Origin: Heptranchias perlo
Taxonomy: Eukaryota
Direction: 5' to 3'
DNA: 64,000 nt
NCBI RefSeq assembly: GCF_035084215.1
Contig: NC_090342.1
Span: 18,910,001-18,974,000 of the forward strand
The position numbers and the translations under genes were made by a program. The notes beneath the pieces were generated by a model that saw nothing but the letters and a program-made list of their open reading frames with translations, searched no databases and was not told the DNA's origin. Of the stretch, positions 46,811-57,909 are shown one piece after another. The stretch's first letter is position 1; every line of letters starts with the position of its first letter.

Positions 46811-49214
46811 ATTATTTTGTAAAACAAACCTCAGGCTAGAACAATTACACTATTGTTTAATTGTGTTTGTTTACCTTATGGAGAAACCAATGAAGTGGGA
46901 AAGATGAAAAACTATAAATATCTTAAAGCTGAGTCCAAGCGTTTTCACTTCATGGGTGCATAAGTGCATACCATGGTTGCTCTAGTCTTTCTATTAATTT
47001 TATATATATTTTAGGTTATTGATACTAACAGATCTGGCTGTTCTAATTTAGGGTAAACCCATCAATGAGGCAACAGTACAACCCTTTCCAAACCTCCAGG
47101 CCAACAAAATTTCAAACAGCACAAACCAATGAACCAGAAATATCAGTGCAAGTGGGATTGAGTTGCCAGGGCTTCAAGGACCAGATTGCAGGACTCAAGG
47201 ACTGCAAGTGGCTCACAGGCCACAGTTAGGATGTTTATGTCTAAAAAAAGAGTCTTACTCTTAAAAGACACACAATTTTTACTAACACAAAGCTTTTAAA
47301 ATTATGTGGTTTTTTATTGCTTTTGGATGAGGACAAGATCAGACTTGGCTGTGATGACTCTATAGTCAAAAAGGTTGTCAACACTGTCCAAGCTCACATA
47401 TGAAGATTGGTCAATTGGACAAAGTACCAGAGAACTGACGGCAGTTGTAGAACCATACAGCATGATCAGTCAGCACCTTCAAGAAAGGCAGGGAGAAAAC
47501 TATGTGTGTACAGTTTTTGTTCAATTACCTTTTGGATCTCAGGAAGAAATTTCAAAGAATCAGGCAGATGCATATCCACCTCCCCACTAAATTACCAGAG
47601 ACTGGACAGAATCATGACCATTGCAAGGTTAGGAACATAGGATAAGGTGTATCGTGATTATTCTAATCCCGAAGATAATTCATGAAATATAGTTTGCAGG
47701 AATTGTTAGGGTATAAATCATTTTATGCATGTAATCTAAAACAATAATCAAATGAAATTGTCAATCTGTACCTGTTACTATTAAGATGTAATCTTGAACG
47801 TATAGTGCGTCAAAGTAATGTGTTGGTATTATATACCTGCAAACATCTAGTGCCGTCTATGGTGGTCTAATGCTCCAGTGCCTTCTTGCACAGCCAGCAG
47901 CAACATCAAAGTAAACTTTCTGCAGTCTAAGGCTGTGAAGAGCTGATTAACTGAATCTGCTTGATCACTGGCCTCAGCTATTCCGGCAAATTTACTTGGA
48001 ACAAAAAAAGAAAATGCTGGAAACATTCAGCAGGTCAGGCAGCATCTGGGCAAAGAACAGATAAGTTAATTTTTAAAATGTGGACCCTTCAGCAAACATA
48101 CGTTTACTTTGATGTTGATGTGAGCTGTGTAAGACCCATGCGTCAGGAGGCAGCAGCATTTTCATAGCACGAGGGCAAAATGTTATTTTAAACTGATTTC
48201 CCTCTCTCCTCCCCCACCTCCACCACCTCCTCCCACATGGCAAGTTTTTACTTTCAGTCATGCTGACTGGAGGTGATGACAAATGGAAACTGAAAACTTC
48301 CCACACAGTGGAAGGAATGGAGAGAAAATCTGAAGTGAGTAACCTGGACTACTCTCACATGCCTTCCAGTAGCTACTTAAATACCAGTATTGGCAGATGT
48401 CTGGGAGTAGATAATCTGGCAATCCCTTTAGGGAAATGATGCACATTTCTAGTGTAGGAATGGAGGGGGAAGGATTCTCAAGCAGAAAAAAAAGGAGAAA
48501 ATATAAATTGGAGAAAACAAAAATTAAAATGTTATCTGTTCGGCAGAGCCTATTTAAGGCAGTGTGCTTGCAGTGTATGGATGTCACAGTGATATCCTGG
48601 GGGGCATTCCCAACAGCAGGAATTGCTGTCAGCGCTGTCAAAATAATCTTATGCCTAGAATAAAAAGGATGGCGTAGTGCATCTTTTAGCACAGGACTCT
48701 CTGCTGACTGTAATAGTCTAACAGTAATTAAACCTTTCTGTAAATCAGAAAGGTTTATTGTGATGGTAAAAGGGTGTACTTTGCTCGCAGGCAAATGTTA
48801 ATTGTTACTGGTAATGCTTGAAGGCGTTTGAATAGATTTATTGAGTCTGGAGAAACCTGTGTTCATTTCCTGGGTATCTGTAATCTGCAATAAAAGCAAG
48901 AGAATCCATTTCATAATTTTTATCTTCATATGGGGATTTACAATTTGTTGTCTATGGCAGATATTGTCTGTTTCACTGAGAAACAAATTTCAATTACAGA
49001 AGTGTCTCCTATATTTGACAAGACATTTATTTTGTCCATATATCCATTGTTCATATGCAGAATTAGTGTTACTGTACATTGTAACTAGAACATTTCACTC
49101 CCTACCTAGCTTGGGGATGAGCTGAGAAGCAAAGCAATTTTCCAGCTTTGTGTAACATCATCATACTTATCCCTCCATCTCCAATCTTCATCTACTTTGG
49201 ACCTAAGAAAAATA

Positions 49215-49928
49215 GATCAGAATATTTTCTAAAGAGTGAGAAGCTAGAAACTGTGGATGAGCAGAGAGATTTAGGGGTCCAAGTGCAAAAATCACAAAAA
49301 GCTACAAAAAGTAATTAAAAAGGCTAATGGAATGTTGGCCTTTATCTCAAGGAGGCTTGAATACAAAAGGGTGGATGTTATGTTACAGTTATATAAAGCT
49401 CCGCTTAGACCCTAATTAGAGTACTGCGTTCAATTCTGGGCACCGCACCTCAGGAAGGATATGTGGCCTTGGAGGGGGTGCAGCGCAGATTCACCAGAAT
49501 GTGCTAAAGAGTTAAATTATTAGGACAGGTTGCATAGGCTAGGCTTGTATTCCCTTGAATATAAAGGATTAAAGGGTGATCTAATTGAGGTGTTCAAGAT
49601 GATTAAAGGAGTTGATAGGATGGATAGAGAGAAACTATATCCTCTGGTGGGGGAGTCCAGAACAAGGGGGCATAACCTTAAAATTAAAGCTAGGCTGTTC
49701 AGGGGTGATGTCAGGAAGCACTTCTTCACACAAAGGGCAGTGAAACTCTCTCCACCAAAAAGCTGTTGCGACTAGGTTAATTGAAAATTTCAAAACTGAG
49801 ATTGAAAAGTATTAAGAGTTATGGAACCAAGGCATGTGGATGGAGTTGAGATACAGATCAGCCATGATCTAATTGAATGGTGGAACAAGCTTGAGGGGCT
49901 GAATGGCTTACTCCTGTTCCTATGTTCT
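49215..49928 (+). mobile_element. Decayed CR1 3' fragment
   Basis: RLGLYSLEY..LKGDLIEVFKMIKG...KHFFTQR; tgttcctatgttct tail. Confidence 0.85.
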
Positions 49929-51214
49929 GTCTATTAATTCTTTATCTGCTACTCTGCTGTGTCTGATCCTTTGCAATCTGCTACCACTCTCACCTATACC
50001 AAGAACTGTTTCTTCCTCCGTGCCAAGATATCTTTTATAGATTTTTTTAACATAGATTTTCTCTGGTTAAAGTTAAAGGAACTATTTTTGGCCAGTAAAA
50101 AGTTAATTCAGACAAGTGAAATAAAATTTATGATCAATAAATCAACATAAAATAATCAGTATTGATGTATTGGCAAGGAAGTAATTTTGGGGTGAAGTGT
50201 GAATATTTTATTTGTACGTAGGATGTAGTGATGCTGCCAAGGCTGCATTTACGATCCATCCCCAATTACCCTGAGAAAGTGGTGGTGGGCCTTCTTTTTG
50301 GATTGTTGCATTCCCTCTGCTGAAGGTGCTCCCTATGATGATGGTAGATAGGGAATACCAGAATTGTGACCTAGCAACTATTAGGGAATGGCCGTATGTG
50401 TGCGAGTCAGGATATTGTGTGACTTGAAGGGGAACCTGGAGGTGATGTGTTCCTATGACATTGTAGCTCTTATCCTTCTTACTGGTAGAGGTGATGGGGC
50501 TGAGAGGTGCTGTCAAAGTAAGTTGGCTGAGTTGCTACAGTGCATCCTGTAAATAGTACATTCATAAAGGGCAAAGTTCACCCAGGCTGCTAGCAGCAGT
50601 GCCTGGGAAATTCATACCCCATTCCAGAAGATGGCTGGGCAATCCGGGAGGGTTGGTAACCCTAAAGATGCTGCTTCTGGCACGCACTTATACACTTCCC
50701 ATTGAACAAGGATTGGTTACTCACTTTGATGGTAATGGAGTGAGGGATGTGCCGGACCATGAGGCTACAGTTTGTGGTGGTGTACAGTCCTGCTGCTACC
50801 AATGGCCCGCAGCGTTTCATGGATGCCAATTTTTGGGCTGTTAGATCGATGACACTACACAATGGAGGGTGCCCTCATTGGTGTCATTATGATGCATCTA
50901 ATCATACATTGAGGAACATGATTTTACAGTACAGGGGCACATAGATTCACAGATTTGGGTCCAGCGTCTCCCCCCACCCCCTTGCCATTCCTTCAAAGGT
51001 TTTAATAAGGTTTCACTTGAACCATGTGATAGAAACCTTATTTTATACTCTGTGCTAGGAAATATCGTAAATTATTCTCAGATGTATATATTTTCACTGT
51101 TGGACTTAGCATTGAATTGTGTTTAAGGACTCTGTTAATGGGATGTTGACATAATGTAACTATAATGTTGTGCTGCAGACCTCCAATATACTTTATCTCA
51201 GCTTACTGCCGATT

Positions 51215-52025
51215 CGCTATTACCATGGATGAGCCAAAACTGTCACTAGTTAAATGCTGGGAAAACCAAAGCCATCATCTTCAGCTTCCAACAAAATTTA
51301 TATCCCTTTGTTCCTTTCTGTATCCTTCTTCCTGAGCTTTCATTCAGGCGAAACAGGGCAGTGTGCAACCTCAACGTCCCATCTGAGCCTGAGCTGAGCT
51401 TCAAAACCCATTTCCTATCTACCACCAAGACAGCATAATTTCGGTAACATTGTCTATCTTCACCCCATTTTACCCCTCTACTGCTGAAACCCTTAGTTAT
51501 TATTTTGTTCCTTTAAGACTTGACTTGTTGAATGCTTCCTTGTCAGCCTCCTGAGCTCCTCCCTATATAAATTCCAACTTATCTAAAACTTTGCTGTCTG
51601 CATTCTATCCTGTACTAGGTCTTGGTCATCTGTCATTCCTGTCCTCGCTGATCTCCAATTGCTCCTTGCCCCTCAGTGTACCAAATTCAAGTTCCTTGTT
51701 CTCATTTGCAAATCCTTCCGTGGCCTTGCCCCACCCTACCAGACCTACATCCCAGCCCATTCTACCATCTCCACCATGGTCTTTCAACTCTGAACTCCTG
51801 AGCATTGCTCACTTGGTGGCAGGGCTTTCACCAGTCATCTTGGCCCTGCCCTCCCTAAACCTCTTCACCTTGCTACTTCCTTCCCATCCTTTAAAAACCT
51901 TTTCAAAACCTACTTTTTGACTGTTTTTGGCCAAATTTCCAAAAGCCTCCATTTGTCTGTCTCCTGCATGAAGTGTCATAGAATATTTTTATTACATTAA
52001 AGGCAATATACAAATGCAAATTATT
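51215..52025 (+). mobile_element. Decayed L2-type LINE fragment
   Basis: LNAGKTKAIIF-like segment, aaatccttccgtggccttgcccc and a tacattaaaggcaatatacaaatgcaa tail. Confidence 0.65.
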
Positions 52026-52466
52026 GTTGGTAGCATAAAGGATCTGAGCCAAATGGTATTGTGTATCTCTGTTCTTCTAACTTCTTTAAAGTACAAGATT
52101 TATTCCGGAATATAAATTTTGCGCATAGTATAAACCCTGTAGTCTGTAGCTATATCAATGCAAAAGCTCACCTGTGAAGACTGTGGTTTCACACCTGTAT
52201 GACTTTGTGCTGGCAAAGTGTCAATGTGGGCATGAATTGCATTTGAATTCTCCTTCAAACACTGACATTCAGAGATACCTGTCCATGGACCACCCTTGTG
52301 GTAGTCATCTTGAAAGTGTTAGTTAGAGGCCTGGGAGAAAGTTGTGTGCTTTCTGTCTCAGTCAAGGAATGGTACATCTTATGGAGAAGACTTAAAAGAT
52401 AGGAGACAGAGGGAGAGCAGGAAGTGATTGGAATTTTTTTTGATTTTTGTTTCTTTTATCTTTAAG

Positions 52467-52636
52467 AAATATGTCCATGAATGATCTGTGCTTGTCGTTG
52501 GCAATTGCTTTCACCCAGACCAATGGTTTCTATCTTGCAACTGGGAAGGAGAGCTTCCCAGAAAGTAGAAAAATAGTTCTTCAAAATAAGAAGACTAAGG
52601 AATTTACTGAAGATTTTTCAGGGTATCAAACTAATA
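52467..52636 (+). CDS. Unnamed CH-CH-ankyrin protein, coding exon 11
   Basis: Phase 2 to 1; RNMSMNDLCLSLAIAFTQTNGFYLATGKESFPESRKIVLQNKKTKEFTEDFSGYQTN; strong polypyrimidine acceptor, donor gtaagt. Confidence 0.78.
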
Positions 52637-53189
52637 GTAAGTAATAGTCACAAGTCAATGTTTGCCTATATAATACATTTATACCTGTTGGTAGACAAAT
52701 GAAACCTGCACATTAAAGGACTTGCAGGATAACATGGAATATGCTTAATTTCTTTATTTTCCATTTCTCAGTTAGACATTAACATTTTATTGTATCTTGA
52801 TGGTACATAATTTAAGGTCTATAATTTAGTTTTAGTCTGGATCGTACTTAATTTATTGTTTCTGTACTTTCCAATCAGACAGATTAAAAAGGGCTCCAAC
52901 TCAAACTTGCAACGAATGCCGATTTCTAAATTAGCCAGTCACATTTCAAAAAGGGGCATATTATACTACTACGTAGGTACAGCTCAGGGATTTGTGCAAT
53001 ACTTTTGTAAAGATTTTTTTTGCAGTTTCATTTTGCAATATATGCATAACATATTGTCTGGAAATGTACAGTGCACCGTACCTTAAACTTTGAATGTCAG
53101 ACACTGATATCTGCTTACTCTCACTGGATGGAAGATCAAGGGATGAGCCTGTGCAATTTTCCAATATGTGCTCCCAGTGTGCAAGGCAC

Positions 53190-55176
53190 TATGCCAGGAC
53201 TGCAGAAGTAGAAAGTTTACCCTTATGTCCCTTTAATTGAGTGTTGCATCCTAACCTTCCCCCACACTGTGCTGATCATGCTTACCTGGAACCACAGCAA
53301 CTAAAGTACATGGGGCCTTTTATTCTACCGGCACAGGTTGGGGGGTTTCGTGGTGGAGCATCCTGAGAGAGGACAGCATGTGCCTCTCCAATGGCACTAC
53401 TGCCACTCGCACGGGGCTGTGCCTCAGCACTCCCGCTGCTCTGCGTGAGAACAGAATGTAGTTGTCATGTTTGGAAGCCCCTATCCATGCTTTCCTTCAC
53501 ACTTAGCAAGTTGGGGACGATGGTGGACGCCAGAACCTTAATGGCAGCAATCTGAACTTTCATTGAAGCTGTCAGAGCTGTCAGTAGAGGATCCATAAAT
53601 GAGGATCCTGCAGTACTGCACATAGGGGTGACGTCACGCTCCATAGTTGACTGCATTGATTCATGCCATGTGCAATGATCCCACACAAGTTGGAGGTGGA
53701 CTCCTCCACATTGCCTGACATTGTGTGCAGGCTTCCTGGCAGGCAATCCAATGCATCAAACAGTTGGTGCAGAACCACTAATCTTTTATAGGCTGGATCC
53801 AGGAAATTTTCATCTGTGCTCTCTGCAGCAGAGGTAGGATGTGAGTACACCCTCTGTCAAGCTGGTACCTGGGCCATCCTTTCCACCTGTCCTTGCTCCT
53901 GCCCACTTGTGCTGTGTGACTATCCCAGTGCAGACTCCTCTAACTGACTCTCTGAAGTACACGAGGTGCCAATTTATGAGCTGTGCTTATAATGGTAAGA
54001 TCGAGTGACAGTGCATCTTTGAAAGGACTGTCCTCCTCTTTCTTTTCTCCGACTGCGTCCATGATTTACAATGAACCTGGAAAGGGAAGAGAGGGATAAG
54101 GGTTAGCACTTAGTCACAAGGGTTAGCAGAAACAGATGAGTGCCAGCTCAAAGCAGCACCATGTTGTCATGCAAAGTGTGTGTGAGAGAGAGTTCAATCA
54201 GAAGAGCAAAGGAGGGAAAGATGGCCAAACACCCTGTGGAATTTATCTTCTGGCTTAGCCACTTGCCATGCATCTGGCCCACCCTCTGCCCACTACGTGA
54301 ATGGCAGCCTCTTCTATTGAGGACAACACTTGAAATGATGGTGGTCCTCCTCCTCTTTACATCTGTTCCCTCTTATTGTGTGCCAGCTTGTCTTACAAGA
54401 AGAAAGGGAGTGTGTTAGTGTGTGGCCTGCTGAATTGTGGTGAAGATGTGTGTGTTAGGGCAGAAGAGTTTGGATAGTGCATGAAAGAAGCTGCAAGTGT
54501 GTGAGAGTAATTGTGAGGACAGTAGCCGATGTGGAGAATTCAAGTAGCAGCAGAAGGAGGTACAGTGAAGTATGCTGCTTTGATCGGAGGAGAGTGATGG
54601 GAAGCAGGGGGAGGGTAGGCTTGTGATTGCTGGGGCTACAGTGATCCAGAGCTAAGCAGAGAGAAAGAGGTGTGTAGGAGTCTTACCTTAAATGCTCTGC
54701 TCAAATCATTGAATTCTTTTTGACACTGTTTCCAAATCCTGGGAGCAATGCTACATGCATTCGCCTGCTCAACCGCCTCTAATCACTATTGTGATTTGCC
54801 TTGCATCCTTCTTCTGTTAGCTGGAAATAGGTCCTCCTTCCTCCTGCATACCTTCTCTACAAGGACTTCTACAGCGTTGTCTGAAATCAAATCTCATATT
54901 AACTGTTATCTGTTCCAAGTTTTAAGTTTGAAGCATGCAGCATGGGCAAAGTACACTTCGCCTTTAAGAGGTGTAGGCTGTCTTTAATTGGGTCAATCCT
55001 GCCTGAATTCCCCCTCCCCACCCCACCCAATGGGTGAGCTGCCAATAACTAGCGCGAGTAGCTCTGGCAGCTCTCCTGAAAACGATTCTTGCCTCTCACC
55101 CACCTCACTGGCTGGGGGCCACGGATCCTCCATCCACTTCGCGCCTGTTTTGGGTACAGGTTGAAAATCTCCCCCC
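53190..55176 (-). mobile_element. Decayed PIF/Harbinger derivative with a Myb/SANT-like gene remnant
   Basis: Minus strand ISDNAVEVLVEKVCRRKEDLFP...PRIWKQCQKEFNDLSRAFK|gtaag (~54686-54890, with stops); gggggagattttcaa-type terminus at ~55161-55176; left boundary uncertain. Confidence 0.6.
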
Positions 55177-55436
55177 ACATATTCATAAGAAATAGGAGCA
55201 GGAGTAGGCCAATCGGCTCCTCAAGCCTGCTCCGCCATTCAATAAGATCATGACTGATTCTTTTTTAAAAACAAAAAAGTAATAAGTTTGATTATATGCT
55301 GTTTTGTCAATATTTTTTTATTGTTTTCATGTGTTTAGAAAAGTTAACATGTTGTATTTTTTGAAATTGTGTAAGAATTCTATGAAAAGAATTGATTATG
55401 TGCAATGGCTAACTTTCATTGTGTTTTTGTACTCAG

Positions 55437-55513
55437 TATCAGTTCGAAAGATCTTGAAACTTGCATTAACTGGTATGGTTGAGATTGACCCAATTGCTTA
55501 CCCAGATTATCAT
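55437..55513 (+). CDS. Unnamed CH-CH-ankyrin protein, coding exon 12
   Basis: Phase 1 to 0; ISVRKILKLALTGMVEIDPIAYPDYH; donor gtaagt. Confidence 0.78.
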
Positions 55514-55606
55514 GTAAGTACTATATTGAGTTAAACTCCTCATTTTTTGTTGCATATTAATTTTGTTATACTACATTGACTAAAGTTCATTTTGTTTTGT
55601 TGATAG

Positions 55607-55656
55607 TTATTTTTTGAAAGTAAAACAAGAAATAAGAAACTGAAGATGAACATGTG
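55607..55656 (+). CDS. Unnamed CH-CH-ankyrin protein, coding exon 13
   Basis: Phase 0 to 2; LFFESKTRNKKLKMNM; donor tg|gtaagt; needed to keep the frame between exons 12 and 14. Confidence 0.75.
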
Positions 55657-56837
55657 GTAAGTGCAATAATAATACTGGTAATCATTTGTATCTCAGCCTT
55701 GAATTGTAATTGAGATTAAACTTTCAAAGTATGTTCCTACATCAATGTACTTTTGTTTCATAGATAGGATAATAGGTGTTATATGGTTACTAATCACTTT
55801 AATGAAGGTAAAGGATGTTGGTGCTGAGAAGTGATACAGTTTTTCCACTTTTGTCAATGTGTGTTACCTTCAACCTTCGACTGTAGCATTCTAAATCTTC
55901 CTTTTTGCATATCAGCAATCCTTATGGCCTCACTGGGTTAGATTCCTAATTTAGTCAAAGTTTTGTGCTGTGCCTGTATTGACTAGGACTTGGGTTGAGA
56001 CTGCCTAAATTACTTTCACATGGAGCCTTCACAACCAACAGAGAGAGGAGACTTCTATCCCCTCATTCTAGGCTGGATTCAATCCTAGTTCCAAGAGGCA
56101 AAAGGCCAGGGTCTCACCCACTGCACCACCCATGTAGTTTCTAATGATGCACATCTGGCTTATCCAGATTAATCGAATGCAGAGTATGCCTGACCTCATG
56201 TCTTGGAATGTGATGCATTGAGAATGGTAATTGATACAAGATGGGAAGGTCTGGACATTTCCCTCCATGTTCTTTGGCAGTGGTTGAAAAATTCTCCCTT
56301 TTGCAGAGTTTATTGCCACCACAAAATATAAATTACTCCAAACTAAAATTTGTCCATTGGCATTGGATTGGGCATGATGACTCTGAATGCCATGTGGAAT
56401 ATTATATTATCTACCATTACTTAATGACTTTCTGCCCATTGATTATGAATGAGTGGTAGAAGAGTGAAGAGTCCCTGAGAATGCCACATAAATTGCAGGG
56501 TCTGCAGGGGTTGGAATAACATCATAAAGTTTGAAAAAGATTAATAGTGTTGAATTCCTGGAATGAGAGAAAGGGAATATGCAGACTTGATAGGCTGAAT
56601 GGCCAGTTTCTGAGCTGTAACAATGTATGAAAATATTTCCCAAGGTTACCAGATAAATATGGATGAGAAGGCCATTTGGTCCATCTTTGTTCATCCATCC
56701 AGAAAGACGACATAATCATTGTGGCATATAATCATTTTTAAAGAAATTCCAGGGTTTTCATTTCCTCAACTCTCCTTTGAAATCCTTTCCTCCTTTGTGT
56801 GAAAAAAGGCTTCCTAAAATCAGTAGTAAAATTGTTG

Positions 56838-57018
56838 GCCCTGAAATTCCACAGGGCTTTTCTCGAAGTAACGATGGGAGATTGACGGAGCCACTAGAGA
56901 GATTGTGTAAATGGCTGTTTTTGGCCAATTCTGCTGTTTCTTTTTCTCTGTGGATTCCACTGATCTCTCACTGAAGTTATGGTGGGAAGCGGGGAGAGTC
57001 CCAATGGAATTTCAGGAC
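56838..57018. mobile_element. Short MITE inserted in an old CR1 fragment
   Basis: gccctgaaattcca ... tggaatttcaggac terminal inverted repeats. Confidence 0.6.
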
Positions 57019-57713
57019 TGTCTTTTACTAGTTTGAATCTGTAGTCCCTTGCTCTACTCTCGCAATTTAGTTTGAAGTAATTTTACACTTTCCTTCCTGT
57101 TTACTATCTCTATACCTAAAAGATCACCTCTCAGTCCTCTTTGTTCCCAGGTTTCTCCAGCCTTTCCTCGTACCTCAGATCTCTGGAACTTGGGATCAGC
57201 TTCATCAAGCTGGATGCAAACTCAGTTGATTTTATTTTGTTTCTCTCCCTTTGATTTTCTTCTCTTATCCCTCGACTCCTGAAGACTCATACTGCGTGTG
57301 TATGAGAGTCTGGAGAGTCTAGTCCAATCCTGCCCTCATTCAGCGCTGATCCATATTCAATAACACCAGGAGGTTACTGGGTAGCGTCTAGGAGCAGGAA
57401 CCATGGCTAGTTCATCCATCCCATCCTTAACCTGAAGAGAATGGAAGACTTTCTGTTTTTTACTGCTCAGTACCATACTATGAGTGCATTTAATCAATGG
57501 GTTATTGGGAATCCTGGCTAGATTTTTTAATCTGTTCTTTAAAAGGACTGGGTCAGGATAGATGAATATGTTGCTTATTAATACATGGATCTGTGTATCA
57601 GGTGCATAATTTATGTACACTCTAAGGTATTGTGGGGGATTTGAAGTTTACCCAATACCTTTATTAAAAAAATTGTGCTCTTATGAAAAAACTAAAAGTA
57701 ATTTTTCTAACAG

Positions 57714-57909
57714 CTTTTTGTACCAAGTATTTCCTGGGAGCCCAAGCCACTGGCAACGAACTTTCTTCCAAGCTGTGAGAAATGGTGACTTCCAAGTTGT
57801 TAAAAATATGGTTCAGTTTTTCAAGGATTCACATCTTGATGTTATCCATTCAAAAGAATCAGCCTCTGGCAATGGAACTTTGCACTTGGCATGTCGAAAG
57901 GGCCATTTT
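57714..57909 (+). CDS. Unnamed CH-CH-ankyrin protein, coding exon 14 (ankyrin repeats begin; gene continues past the window)
   Basis: Phase 2 to 0; CFLYQVFPGSPSHWQRTFFQAVRNGDFQVVKNMVQ...SGNGTLHLACRKGHF shows the ankyrin consensus (G.T.LH.A...GH); donor gtaagt. Confidence 0.82.

Noticed and set aside
48258-48794. 178-aa minus-strand ORF
   Set aside because: No recognisable motif, splice context or compositional support; probably a chance ORF
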